NCBI GenBank assembly: GCA_023267595.1
Contig: JAHFNB010000003.1
Coordinates: forward strand, 2,165-66,164
Source: a bacterium
GTDB lineage: Bacteria; Patescibacteriota; Minisyncoccia; Phycocordibacterales; UBA5272
Reading direction: 5' to 3'
Length of the DNA stretch: 64,000 nucleotides
Shown here: piece after piece, positions 27,393 through 35,122 of the stretch
Position numbering within the stretch: the first letter of the stretch is position 1
Layout: every line of letters begins with the position of its first letter
Program-made: the position numbers and the translations under genes
The notes under the pieces: generated by a model
What the model was told of the DNA's origin: nothing
What the model saw: the letters and a program-made list of their open reading frames with translations, nothing else
Database searches by the model: none

Positions 27393-27902
27393 ATGAGTTA
27401 TAAAAAGAAAAATTATCTTAGAATAAAATGTTGTAAGATTTTTATTTGTAAAGCGTCACAGGTAGTATCAACACTATTTTCTATGAATTACTTTTATAAC
27501 TTTAAAAACTACATCCTTATCGGTATTATCGTTATCCTTATACCTTTTGCGTATGCAAAAAATCAGGATGATGAAGATATGGATATTATTGCGATGAACA
27601 CGTTTATTGGGCCAATGGAAGAAATAAAGTTTATTCCAATAGACAAAGTAAAACGTGGTGTTATAAAAAGTGTAGATAGAGTAGAAAACACATTTATTAT
27701 TCAAATGAGCACAACAACATCACTACGTATTGAGACTACTGCAACAACAACATTTTCTGAAGGTGAAAATCTACCTATAAGTTTTTACGATATAAACCCT
27801 ACTATGAAAGTCTATATATTTGGTTATATGAAGAGTGATAACTCTGCTATGCTTGCATCAAAAATAATTGTTGCACATAAATCAAGGCTAGAGAGAAAAT
27901 AA
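27393..27902 (+). CDS. Hypothetical secreted protein. Signal peptide begins at Met 27483.
   Basis: Hydrophobic ILIGIIVILIPFAYA, then an acidic segment. Confidence 0.4.
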   Translation: MSYKKKNYLRIKCCKIFICKASQVVSTLFSMNYFYNFKNYILIGIIVILIPFAYAKNQDDEDMDIIAMNTFIGPMEEIKFIPIDKVKRGVIKSVDRVENTFIIQMSTTTSLRIETTATTTFSEGENLPISFYDINPTMKVYIFGYMKSDNSAMLASKIIVAHKSRLERK

Positions 27903-27963
27903 GTACATATTTTGACAAAAGGTATTATTATATGCATAATATAAGAAGTTAGTTCAACCCTTT

Positions 27964-28374
27964 GTGAGGTGTCACATGGAACAAAATCAAAAGTCACCCA
28001 TCTCAGAAATGATTGTGTTACTAAGAAGAATGCTCATCGATTTTCCAAATTACGAAGGAAAAACGATGACGCGTGTAAGGAAAGTATCTGAAAGTAGCCA
28101 AGTCCTCGAAGAATTCTTTGATGATGGGCATGGTCACTCAAATGCAACTTCAATGCAAGTGACTCCAATCGAACCTCTAATTTTTCTCGAGGCAGTAAGG
28201 AACCAGTACATCACAGGTGTACCCTTAAGAAATAATGCAGGAATTTACTGTATTTCTAGGGAAGACTTTATCTTGACCCATTTTGGGAAAATCAAATACA
28301 ATGATCTCTTTCAACATCAAAAACTTCAAGAACAAAAAGACAAGCAAGAAAATTTTGCAAAAACCGCCCAATAG
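27964..28374 (+). CDS. Hypothetical cytoplasmic protein
   Basis: 136 aa. Stop embedded in a bidirectional terminator. Confidence 0.4.
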   Translation: MRCHMEQNQKSPISEMIVLLRRMLIDFPNYEGKTMTRVRKVSESSQVLEEFFDDGHGHSNATSMQVTPIEPLIFLEAVRNQYITGVPLRNNAGIYCISREDFILTHFGKIKYNDLFQHQKLQEQKDKQENFAKTAQ

Positions 28375-28386
28375 GGCGGTTTTTAA
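28359..28386. terminator. Bidirectional intrinsic terminator
   Basis: aaaaccgccc-aata-gggcggtttt, A-run upstream and T-run downstream. Confidence 0.8.
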
Positions 28387-28841
28387 TATTCTATCGTGAA
28401 AGGAAATGATACAGATGCATCATGTTCAGGTAATCCTGAAGGGTTATCTTTTTTAAGAACAAGAGTTGCTTTGCCTATGTAGGAATTTGGCACCTTAATT
28501 TCTGCTTTAAAGGGCACAAAATTAGTAGTCATCCAATCACTTTGTGCTTGCGCAATAGCAGTCATAAGTATTTTCCCATCTTTATCTAATATTTGTATAG
28601 GAAATGATGCTTCAAAAAACCAATTTCCACGTGCTTTACCAATCACAGAGAATTCTTTTCCAGTCACAGCATCTGGAAATGGGAGATCTACAATAATGAG
28701 ATCTAGAGAAGCATTTGTATAAGTGATGTGTGAATTAACGACAGTGTCAGAAGAGAGTTTTGTCTTAGGCGTGGGTTTATACCAATAGAAGAATAAAATA
28801 CCACATATGATAAGGACTATAACAAGAATATTTTTTTTCAT
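28383..28841 (-). CDS. Secreted Gmad2-like immunoglobulin-fold protein (paralogue of the 35123 ORF)
   Basis: Signal peptide. GKARGNWFFEASFPIQILDKDGKILMTAIAQAQSDWMTTNFVPFKAEIKV aligns with GEARDTMFNNGKFPIIIADQTGKVVGIAIAEATTNWSIPGWVRFQVKI in the 35123 ORF. Confidence 0.45.
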   Translation of the reverse strand: MKKNILVIVLIICGILFFYWYKPTPKTKLSSDTVVNSHITYTNASLDLIIVDLPFPDAVTGKEFSVIGKARGNWFFEASFPIQILDKDGKILMTAIAQAQSDWMTTNFVPFKAEIKVPNSYIGKATLVLKKDNPSGLPEHDASVSFPFTIEY

Positions 28842-29258
28842 TTATGATTTTTTTAAAGACCATGCATTACCAACTCCATGCCCTGCCATGTAAAGTAGTC
28901 CTGCAAACATAACAAAATGGTCTACAAAGAATCCAAACTCCATTCGATTTCCTTTCCATAGACTTGGGCCATGAAATGCAAATCCTAAGAAAATTGCATA
29001 GACTCCAAGTAATAATGCTGCTTCAGAAAACCAGACACCAAAAATAATTGCTAATCCAAGAGTGAGTTCAAAAAATGCTGCCACCCATGCAAGAATAAGA
29101 GGAATAGGGAATCCAACGTTACTTATATACATAGCCGTACCATTAATATCTTGAAATTTAAAGTAAGAGGCCATAATAAAGACACCTCCCATAATTATTC
29201 GTGCCAAAAGGAGTCCGTACGTCTTCCAAAACGGATTATGTGCAATTGCTTTAAACAT
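28842..29258 (-). CDS. DoxX-family membrane protein
   Basis: 138 aa with 4 TM helices. N-terminus YGLLLARIIMGGVFIMASYFKF is typical of DoxX. Confidence 0.65.
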   Translation of the reverse strand: MFKAIAHNPFWKTYGLLLARIIMGGVFIMASYFKFQDINGTAMYISNVGFPIPLILAWVAAFFELTLGLAIIFGVWFSEAALLLGVYAIFLGFAFHGPSLWKGNRMEFGFFVDHFVMFAGLLYMAGHGVGNAWSLKKS

Positions 29259-29273
29259 ATGTGATTGTAGAGA

Positions 29274-29528
29274 CTATGATAGGTGTGCTGAAACGAGTTT
29301 TGTCATCTCAAACATGTTCACTGTTTTCTTACCACCGAATACCTTCTTGAGATTCTCATCTGCATTGATATTACGCTTATTAGTAGGATCTTGAAGATCA
29401 TTTTTCTTGATGTAAACCCAAAGTTGCTTTACGACTTCTGCGCGAGCCATAGGACCCTTACCGACAACTGCAGCCAATTCTGGACTGATTGTCATTGGTT
29501 TCATAAATGCTGAATTTGCTTTTGGCAT
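29274..29528 (-). CDS. SWIB/MDM2 domain protein
   Basis: MTISPELAAVVGKGPMARAEVVKQLWVYIKKNDLQDPTNKRNINADENLKKVFGGKKTVNMFEMTKLVSAHL matches the SWIB fold consensus. Confidence 0.8.
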   Translation of the reverse strand: MPKANSAFMKPMTISPELAAVVGKGPMARAEVVKQLWVYIKKNDLQDPTNKRNINADENLKKVFGGKKTVNMFEMTKLVSAHLS

Positions 29529-29651
29529 ATTTAAAATAATTTATTTGGTATAGAGACAGTATAGCGCCCTAAGGGGAAATAGGGAAGGATGCTAAGAATA
29601 GGTGGGGATAGAACGAAATCCCCATGACTAGTGGGGATTTAACAAAAGGGT

Positions 29652-30119
29652 TTATTTTTTGATGAATTTACCATTTTCTATCAAAATAAAACCATCTTCT
29701 TTTGAAACAAATATTCGATTTCTTATGGTAATGGAGAGTAGTTCGCCAAGTGGACTTTCTTTACTGGTAACTTGTAAAGAGTTACTTAGTCTTTTTACGA
29801 TAACTTGACGGTTACCTTTTCGTAAATCATCTTGATTCACTTGAAATTTTTGTTCAGGGGATGTAAAAATGAGATAGCGTATAATCATCCCCATAAAGTA
29901 AAATATCTCATCTGTATACGTCGAGAGTCCACGGTACTCCTTATCAGGAGGACATAAGGTAAACTCTATGGTTGTAGAAGTTCCAGCCGAGAAAAAATCA
30001 TGTTTTTGTAACTCGAGGATAACACGGTTAGGGATTTCAATGGTCCCACCCCTTTTTGCTACTTCAGAGGCAATACTAAGCCAAAGATATCGTGCTTGTT
30101 TAGATGTGTGGGTAGCCAT
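29652..30119 (-). CDS. Hypothetical protein
   Basis: 155 aa, no recognisable motifs. Confidence 0.4.
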   Translation of the reverse strand: MATHTSKQARYLWLSIASEVAKRGGTIEIPNRVILELQKHDFFSAGTSTTIEFTLCPPDKEYRGLSTYTDEIFYFMGMIIRYLIFTSPEQKFQVNQDDLRKGNRQVIVKRLSNSLQVTSKESPLGELLSITIRNRIFVSKEDGFILIENGKFIKK

Positions 30120-30271
30120 GAGTGGGCTTTCCTTCTATCTGTTAATGGTGAAGAACTTAGTTAACTATAATATACTATATATATTATACCTTGTCAAGAT
30201 ATATGAATATTTTTATATACTTTATTGTCTTTATAATATTGAAATAAAAGGAAAATACACAATGATTGGGA

Positions 30272-30544
30272 CTATTTTAAAAAATGACTAATAATAAGTG
30301 AAATAATCAAAGAAATTATACAAATAATCAAAAATCCAACCATATATACAAAAGCAACCGTAGTTCCTGTAACAGCAAGACCAATATGAGATGTGTTATT
30401 TATTTTATAGAAAAAGTAACCAATAATACCTATTAAACCAAGTAAAGCAAAAATTGAATGATACAGGATGATTTTTGATTTCTTCATACTATAAAACTTT
30501 ACACTGTATATAGCATTACACCTAGAAAAACTAATACGAAGCAA
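30272..30544 (-). CDS. Tiny two-TM membrane protein
   Basis: 90 aa, two hydrophobic helices. AT-rich surroundings. Confidence 0.3.
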   Translation of the reverse strand: MLRISFSRCNAIYSVKFYSMKKSKIILYHSIFALLGLIGIIGYFFYKINNTSHIGLAVTGTTVAFVYMVGFLIICIISLIISLIISHFLK

Positions 30545-30798
30545 GCAAAGAATCCAATAGTTTTTAAAAAGAATGTGAGTGCCTCTTGTTTATGTCCATC
30601 AACATATAAACGAAGAGGTTGGTAAAAGAATAAGAATCCCATCACTGCAACAGAAAGCACCAATAAACTAAGCATAAACATCGGGATAAATACTGTCTCT
30701 TTTTCTTCTCCTAATGTTGAAAATGTAGTGATAAGTGAAACAACTAACACTATGTACACTGAGGCTGCTAGTGAATGTATAAATGGATTTATTTTCAT
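30499..30798 (-). CDS. Tiny two/three-TM membrane protein
   Basis: 99 aa, hydrophobic helices. Overlaps its neighbour by 46 nt. Confidence 0.35.
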   Translation of the reverse strand: MKINPFIHSLAASVYIVLVVSLITTFSTLGEEKETVFIPMFMLSLLVLSVAVMGFLFFYQPLRLYVDGHKQEALTFFLKTIGFFACFVLVFLGVMLYTV

Positions 30799-30826
30799 GA
30801 ATCTAGTATAACAGAATTGAGACCTT

Positions 30827-31087
30827 TTACCTTAAATAAAAATAGAAACTAGTGGCTATTAGTATCTGAATGAAAATTACGAGTAAAAAACCTTTGAGAC
30901 TTGTAATTGATGAAGATTTAAATGAGTAGACCATCAAAGAAAGAAGATATACGATCATCGCCATTCCTATAACTACGAGGAGATTTGGGCCTTCAGGATC
31001 GTTAAAAAACATAAACATTACCCTAGAACATGTTATAGATGTTATACCTAAGATAAATAAGAATATCTTTTTTGATTTGGAAGACAT
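30827..31087 (-). CDS. Tiny two-TM membrane protein
   Basis: 86 aa, two hydrophobic helices. Confidence 0.35.
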   Translation of the reverse strand: MSSKSKKIFLFILGITSITCSRVMFMFFNDPEGPNLLVVIGMAMIVYLLSLMVYSFKSSSITSLKGFLLVIFIQILIATSFYFYLR

Positions 31088-31099
31088 GGTTCTAATGTT

Positions 31100-31243
31100 C
31101 TAGTTATCACAAGGGGAACTTATGTAATTACCTTGTTGACATATTATTATTTTGAAAACAGATAACTTCATATTGATAAAAAATAGACTTGTCATTATTA
31201 CAAAAACCATAAGTAATAAAAGATGTCGTTCATTTTGAGTCAT
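31100..31243 (-). CDS. Possible micro-protein with one TM helix. The track ORF extends to 31327 but would then run over direct repeat R1; Met 31243 is the likely start.
   Basis: MTQNERHLLLLMVFVIMTSLFFINMKL... Confidence 0.2.
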   Translation of the reverse strand: MTQNERHLLLLMVFVIMTSLFFINMKLSVFKIIICQQGNYISSPCDN

Positions 31244-31272
31244 GTGTGAAGTATAACAGACTATAATCTTTT

Positions 31273-31300
31273 CTTTGCTGGGGTTGTGGGACGAAGTTGG
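31273..31300. repeat. Direct repeat R1: degenerate tRNA-Gln 3'-end-like sequence (att-like)
   Basis: ctttgctggggttgtgggacgaagttgg. Shares tttgctgggg plus a gggac.gaa core with R2, and the first 12 nt with the real tRNA-Gln 3' end (R3). Confidence 0.6.
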
Positions 31301-31377
31301 AACTTTTTTAATACAATAAGTTGACACAAATATATAGATACTGTATTGTATTTTTAATCGAACTTTAAGGAGATCAC

Positions 31378-31734
31378 GTGTCCGACTGGCATATTACACC
31401 GAGGATTAAGGTCCGAGCCCATGCTCAATATTTGGACTTGCTTTCACACACGGTAAGCCGATGCGGAAAAGAGTTTTCTGAAAATAGAGTAGTATGTCCG
31501 AAAGGGCTCTATCGGAATGGGTATAGTAATCGTGCACTCAACTACTGTCTTGATATTGGTTTTTTGGTTCAGAGTGAAAACTCTTCCATGTGTTCGGTAA
31601 CAGTCGAAGGCGAAAGAGCACTTGAAGACTTAAAACAATACAGAATCAAAAGACAAATTGAGATCCTTCAAAAGAAAAAGAAGAAAATAGAGGATCAGAT
31701 TGCAACACTGCAAAAGGCCTACCGCCAAGCATAA
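31378..31734 (+). CDS. Hypothetical small protein with C-terminal coiled coil, carried on a ~0.5-kb islet between R1 and R2
   Basis: 118 aa. Ends in a very strong terminator. Cys/His-containing N-terminal half, K/E/Q-rich C-terminus. Confidence 0.45.
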   Translation: MSDWHITPRIKVRAHAQYLDLLSHTVSRCGKEFSENRVVCPKGLYRNGYSNRALNYCLDIGFLVQSENSSMCSVTVEGERALEDLKQYRIKRQIEILQKKKKKIEDQIATLQKAYRQA

Positions 31735-31735
31735 A

Positions 31736-31765
31736 CAAAATCGCTTCGGCGGTTTTGTTTTTTTT
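31736..31765 (+). terminator. Intrinsic terminator with UUCG tetraloop
   Basis: caaaatcgc-ttcg-gcggttttg, then TTTTTTT. Confidence 0.8.
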
Positions 31766-31792
31766 CTAACATAAAAATTTCTGCAAAATTAT

Positions 31793-31820
31793 TTTGCTGG
31801 GGCTGTGGGACGAAGTTGGG
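31793..31820. repeat. Direct repeat R2: second degenerate tRNA-Gln 3'-end-like sequence
   Basis: ttttgctggggctgtgggacgaagttgg, 26/28 identical to R1. Confidence 0.6.
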
Positions 31821-31833
31821 ACAAAATTAATTT

Positions 31834-32718
31834 CTAGTTAAAGCATTTTTCAATCAGCTCATCACAATTATCATAGATTTTAATTTCTACAGCTGGTATA
31901 CCGAACTTCTTATTTAAAAAGTCTATAATATAATCTTTTTTGTCTTTATTTTTAATCGTCACATGAATTTCTGATATAGAATATGGTGTAAACTCAATAT
32001 TATCTAAATTTATTTGTAGCCCATTACCTAGCCCTAAGATATATAATTTTTTAGTTCCATACATTTTTAACACATGTTTTTCACTTTCATGACAAGATAT
32101 TGCATCTATTACATCTTGTAGCTCACTCTTTTTTGTCTTTAAATGCCTATACAAACGATTAGCACTCTGTGATTCTTGTTCTGAATAAAAATTACCATGT
32201 GGATAGAAAGTTTGTACATAAGCCGAGAGGTTGGCTATTCTTGACCTATAGTCAACCTTTCTTTCTTTTTCTGTTAAATATTCAAAAAGAAGAATATTTT
32301 TGTCTAAAACATTATCATAGTTATAATTTATAAAAGCTATTTTATTTTCTAGATTATTACTATCTAAAATTTTTTGATTTAATTTATTTATCCAACCATC
32401 CTCATTTTCTTTATAGAGTTCTGTAAAAATTATTTTCATTATCAAAAAAATATAATTTTCAATTGTTAGACCGTTGGAACGATAATTCCTTGATCTTGAC
32501 TCTTTTGTAATACATTCGTCTATTGTATTATACTCTTTGCCATCTCCTACTTTTCTAAGCCAAGAAAGAATCTCTTCTTTATATTTTAAAGCTTTATCTT
32601 CCATAAACTTTTTTTCGATTAAGATAACAAGTTTATCCCAAGTAGGTAGTCCATAATCTACAGAGGCACCAGCACCAAGAATTAAAAGATGTTCTACTCG
32701 GCTACTAAGTTCTTTCAT
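31834..32718 (-). CDS. Stand-alone SIR2-like (SIR2_2 / DHS-like NAD-binding) protein; candidate NADase defence effector
   Basis: N-terminal LLILGAGASVDYGLPTWDKL (GAGxS...GLPxW signature). NYNYDNVLD (N-Y-D motif). YPHGNF (HG motif). LYILGLGNGLQ. On an islet between R2 and tRNA-Gln. Confidence 0.65.
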   Translation of the reverse strand: MKELSSRVEHLLILGAGASVDYGLPTWDKLVILIEKKFMEDKALKYKEEILSWLRKVGDGKEYNTIDECITKESRSRNYRSNGLTIENYIFLIMKIIFTELYKENEDGWINKLNQKILDSNNLENKIAFINYNYDNVLDKNILLFEYLTEKERKVDYRSRIANLSAYVQTFYPHGNFYSEQESQSANRLYRHLKTKKSELQDVIDAISCHESEKHVLKMYGTKKLYILGLGNGLQINLDNIEFTPYSISEIHVTIKNKDKKDYIIDFLNKKFGIPAVEIKIYDNCDELIEKCFN

Positions 32719-32894
32719 TTGATTTTAATTTATTTAGTTTATTAAAACTAGTTGTTGATTTAATAGTATACAAGGATTCGGTCACAAAACTCCCTCGCTT
32801 TGCTCGAAGTACTTTCGCGACCCCGTATTCGAGTCCTTACGTACGTGAAGCAGTTCACGTACTGTACCCCGAAAAGAAATAAGCTTTGCTTTTT

Positions 32895-32921
32895 CTTTGC
32901 TGGGGTACAAGGACTCGAACC
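32895..32921. repeat. Direct repeat R3 = 3' end of the intact tRNA-Gln plus flanking caaag
   Basis: ctttgctggggtacaaggactcgaacc. The first 12 nt are identical to R1. Confidence 0.6.
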
Positions 32922-32970
32922 TCGATACTCAGGACCAAAACCTGATGTCCTACCATTAGACGATACCCCA
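32900..32970 (-). tRNA. tRNA-Gln (anticodon UUG)
   Basis: Reverse complement TGGGGTATCGTCTAATGGTAGGACATCAGGTTTTGGTCCTGAGTATCGAGGTTCGAGTCCTTGTACCCCAG folds as a cloverleaf. U1:A72 (Gln identity). Anticodon loop TTTTGGT. T-loop TTCGAGT. Confidence 0.8.
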
Positions 32971-33007
32971 ATATTATCAAACTATTTTACACTACTCATT
33001 ATTTATT

Positions 33008-33086
33008 GTCCTGAGTGTCAGGACCACTGTATTTTACCGCTTCGTAAACTCCGCTTGCTGATGTCCTACCATTAGACGATACCCCA
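33008..33086 (-). pseudogene. Fragmented tRNA-Gln copy: exact duplicate of tRNA positions 1-29, then a 31-nt insertion at the anticodon loop, then GGTCCTGA; the 3' half is missing
   Basis: 33058-33086 is identical to 32942-32970. The reverse complement reads TGGGGTATCGTCTAATGGTAGGACATCAG-[CAAGCGGAGTTTACGAAGCGGTAAAATACAG]-TGGTCCTGA then diverges. Confidence 0.5.
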
Positions 33087-33258
33087 AATAAACAGACGTT
33101 AGATTTTAGACAATAGACTATAGATTTTCCTCTAATGTCTAGTGCTTAATGTCTAATAACTGTGCAAAATATTCTACCATGAAAAGATTGCTTGCGCGAG
33201 AGTAATGTATATGAGTATACTCATCTCATTACCTATTTAATTTCTCAAAAATTATTTT

Positions 33259-33498
33259 ATGAAAGGCTTTACACCAGAACATACTTCTACAGAAAATCTT
33301 TCAAAACCTCCTACTACAGAACTTTCTAGTGATTTAACAGGGAAATTACACTTTGCAGAAGAACGTTACAAAACGATGGAACCAGTAAGTGGAAAATTGG
33401 CCTCAATACTTGCTCATGCTGCAATAGTTGCTGCTAATGATGAGCATTTTGAAAGAAAGGAAAATACAAATAGTGATACATACCAGATGATTGGATAA
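33259..33498 (+). CDS. Hypothetical small protein
   Basis: 79 aa, hydrophilic. Confidence 0.3.
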   Translation: MKGFTPEHTSTENLSKPPTTELSSDLTGKLHFAEERYKTMEPVSGKLASILAHAAIVAANDEHFERKENTNSDTYQMIG

Positions 33499-33571
33499 AT
33501 ATTGACAAAATCATTTCTTTATGAGAGAGTAAGGACACGATTACCCTTTATTTAAAAGGGAAAACGCATCT

Positions 33572-33862
33572 ATGGCTATCATTTTAAATCTTAAAAAAAT
33601 ACTCGAACAATCTGAACTTTCTGCAGAAGAAGTTCGGGCATTTGAAATAGGTCTTGCATACCTTACAAAAGATCAACAAGAAACATTTGTGACTTTACTT
33701 GCCAATGATCCAGAACTCATCTACCCACTATATATAAACTTTAAGGCAAAACTTCGCGCCGCACGTGGAACAAAACAAGAGTGGGAAGAAGCAGTAGAAA
33801 CTGAAATTGTTCAACTCGAAGACTACCTTGCAAAGAAACGAGTAGGGGATGAGATAAAGTAA
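33572..33862 (+). CDS. Hypothetical small helical protein
   Basis: 96 aa. Followed by a strong terminator. Confidence 0.4.
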   Translation: MAIILNLKKILEQSELSAEEVRAFEIGLAYLTKDQQETFVTLLANDPELIYPLYINFKAKLRAARGTKQEWEEAVETEIVQLEDYLAKKRVGDEIK

Positions 33863-33893
33863 TAAGTTAGAAGTTAAATGCTAGATACTTAAA

Positions 33894-33928
33894 GAAATCT
33901 GATGCCTACGGCATCAGATTTCTTTTTA
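33894..33928 (+). terminator. Intrinsic terminator
   Basis: aaatctgatgcc-tac-ggcatcagattt (12-bp stem), then CTTTTTAT. Confidence 0.8.
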
Positions 33929-33991
33929 TATTTTTCTAGCATTAAGCATCGAGCCTCTAACTCTAGGTTCTCTCTGATATACTTATCTCTA

Positions 33992-34531
33992 ATGAAACAT
34001 CTAGTGTCTAGTCTGCAACTTATTTTTATACGCAAAGATAGTCGTTTTGTTATTATCACCACCACAGTTCTTTTTTTGTTGTTGCTTTTACTTGTACAAA
34101 ATGGAAGTGCGGCTCAGAATATCTTAGGGTTTGAAGTTCTGCCACCATTTAAACGGTTCACTCTTGCACTTGCAACATTCTTTGATATACAAAACACATT
34201 CACCATATCCTCTCTTATTCTTGCAACATTAGGATCATTACTTGGTGGTATTAATATTTCACTTGCCTATACCTATATACGTATGCGTGGTGAAATTGTT
34301 GTAAAAAGTGGACTCTATAGTGGTGTAGGGTTATTTTTTGCATTCTTAGGTATTGGATGTGCAGCATGTGGAACGGCATTACTCAGTGTTGTATTAAGTT
34401 TTTTTGGCTTTTCCACTATGCTTTCCTTACTACCATATCAAGGAGAAGAAATAGGATATATCGGTCTTATATTTTTATGTATAGCAACGTATACACTTGC
34501 ACAAAAAGTTGCATTACCAAACGTGTGTTAA
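33992..34531 (+). CDS. Hypothetical polytopic membrane protein. The track ORF from 33902 begins inside the terminator.
   Basis: 4-5 TM helices. Lies 7 nt upstream of the thermonuclease gene. Confidence 0.45.
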   Translation: MKHLVSSLQLIFIRKDSRFVIITTTVLFLLLLLLVQNGSAAQNILGFEVLPPFKRFTLALATFFDIQNTFTISSLILATLGSLLGGINISLAYTYIRMRGEIVVKSGLYSGVGLFFAFLGIGCAACGTALLSVVLSFFGFSTMLSLLPYQGEEIGYIGLIFLCIATYTLAQKVALPNVC

Positions 34532-34540
34532 ACTTTTTAT

Positions 34541-35110
34541 ATGAAAGCACTTGCTGAATGGTATAAAAAAGTAGGATTACTCGGAGTAATTGCTATCCTT
34601 ATCGTTGTTACCTCAGCAGTCTATGAAGGTCAATATCAAAAACTCTACGATATTGGCATTCCAACAGAAATTAAAAATACTCTTGGTACATATTACACTG
34701 TTACAAAAGTTGTAGATGGAGATACACTTCATATTGATATCAATGGAAAAGATGAGAAAGTACGTCTCATAGGTATAAACACTCCCGAAACAGTAGATCC
34801 TCGTACTCCTGTACAATGTTTTGGTAAAGAAGCATCTGCTCGTATGAAAGAATTAAGCCAAGGAAAACTTGTACGTATTGAGTATGATGAATCACAAAAT
34901 ACACGTGATGTATATGGACGAATTCTTGCATATGTATACTTGGAAGATGGTCAAATGCTTAATCGTAAAATGATAGCCGAAGGATATGCATATGAATACA
35001 CATATTTAACACCATATAAATATCAAAAAGAATTCAGAGAACTACAGACGTTGGCTCGTACATCTCTTCGAGGGCTATGGTCAACAGATACATGTAGTGG
35101 AAGTAAATAA
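34541..35110 (+). CDS. Thermonuclease (staphylococcal nuclease/SNase family), membrane-anchored
   Basis: N-terminal TM, then VTKVVDGDTLHIDINGKDEKVRLIGINTPE...QCFGKEASARMKEL...RDVYGRILAYVY, matching SNase catalytic-core motifs. Confidence 0.8.
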   Translation: MKALAEWYKKVGLLGVIAILIVVTSAVYEGQYQKLYDIGIPTEIKNTLGTYYTVTKVVDGDTLHIDINGKDEKVRLIGINTPETVDPRTPVQCFGKEASARMKELSQGKLVRIEYDESQNTRDVYGRILAYVYLEDGQMLNRKMIAEGYAYEYTYLTPYKYQKEFRELQTLARTSLRGLWSTDTCSGSK

Positions 35111-35122
35111 TCAAGAACTATC

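Larger units (their letters stand above)
31273..33090. mobile_element. tRNA-Gln-associated integration hotspot. Two small islets in tandem, bounded by three tRNA-3'-end-like direct repeats (R1, R2, R3 = the genuine tRNA end), plus extra tRNA-Gln fragments on the other side. No integrase in the window.
   Basis: R1 at 31273, R2 at 31793, R3 at 32895. The 29-nt 5'-half duplicate sits at 33058-33086 and an inverted T-arm copy at 32826-32870. Cargo comprises the SIR2-like gene and a 118-aa ORF. Confidence 0.45.

Noticed and set aside
29570-29650. Hairpin atcccca-tgactag-tggggat between the SWIB gene and the 29652 gene
   Set aside because: The 7-bp stem has no adjacent U-run on the relevant (minus) strand. 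It is probably not a terminator and is too short to call a regulatory element.
32800-33075. 91-aa ORF spanning tRNA-Gln and its fragments
   Set aside because: It is entirely composed of tRNA and att-like sequence. The protein is low-complexity and has no start context.
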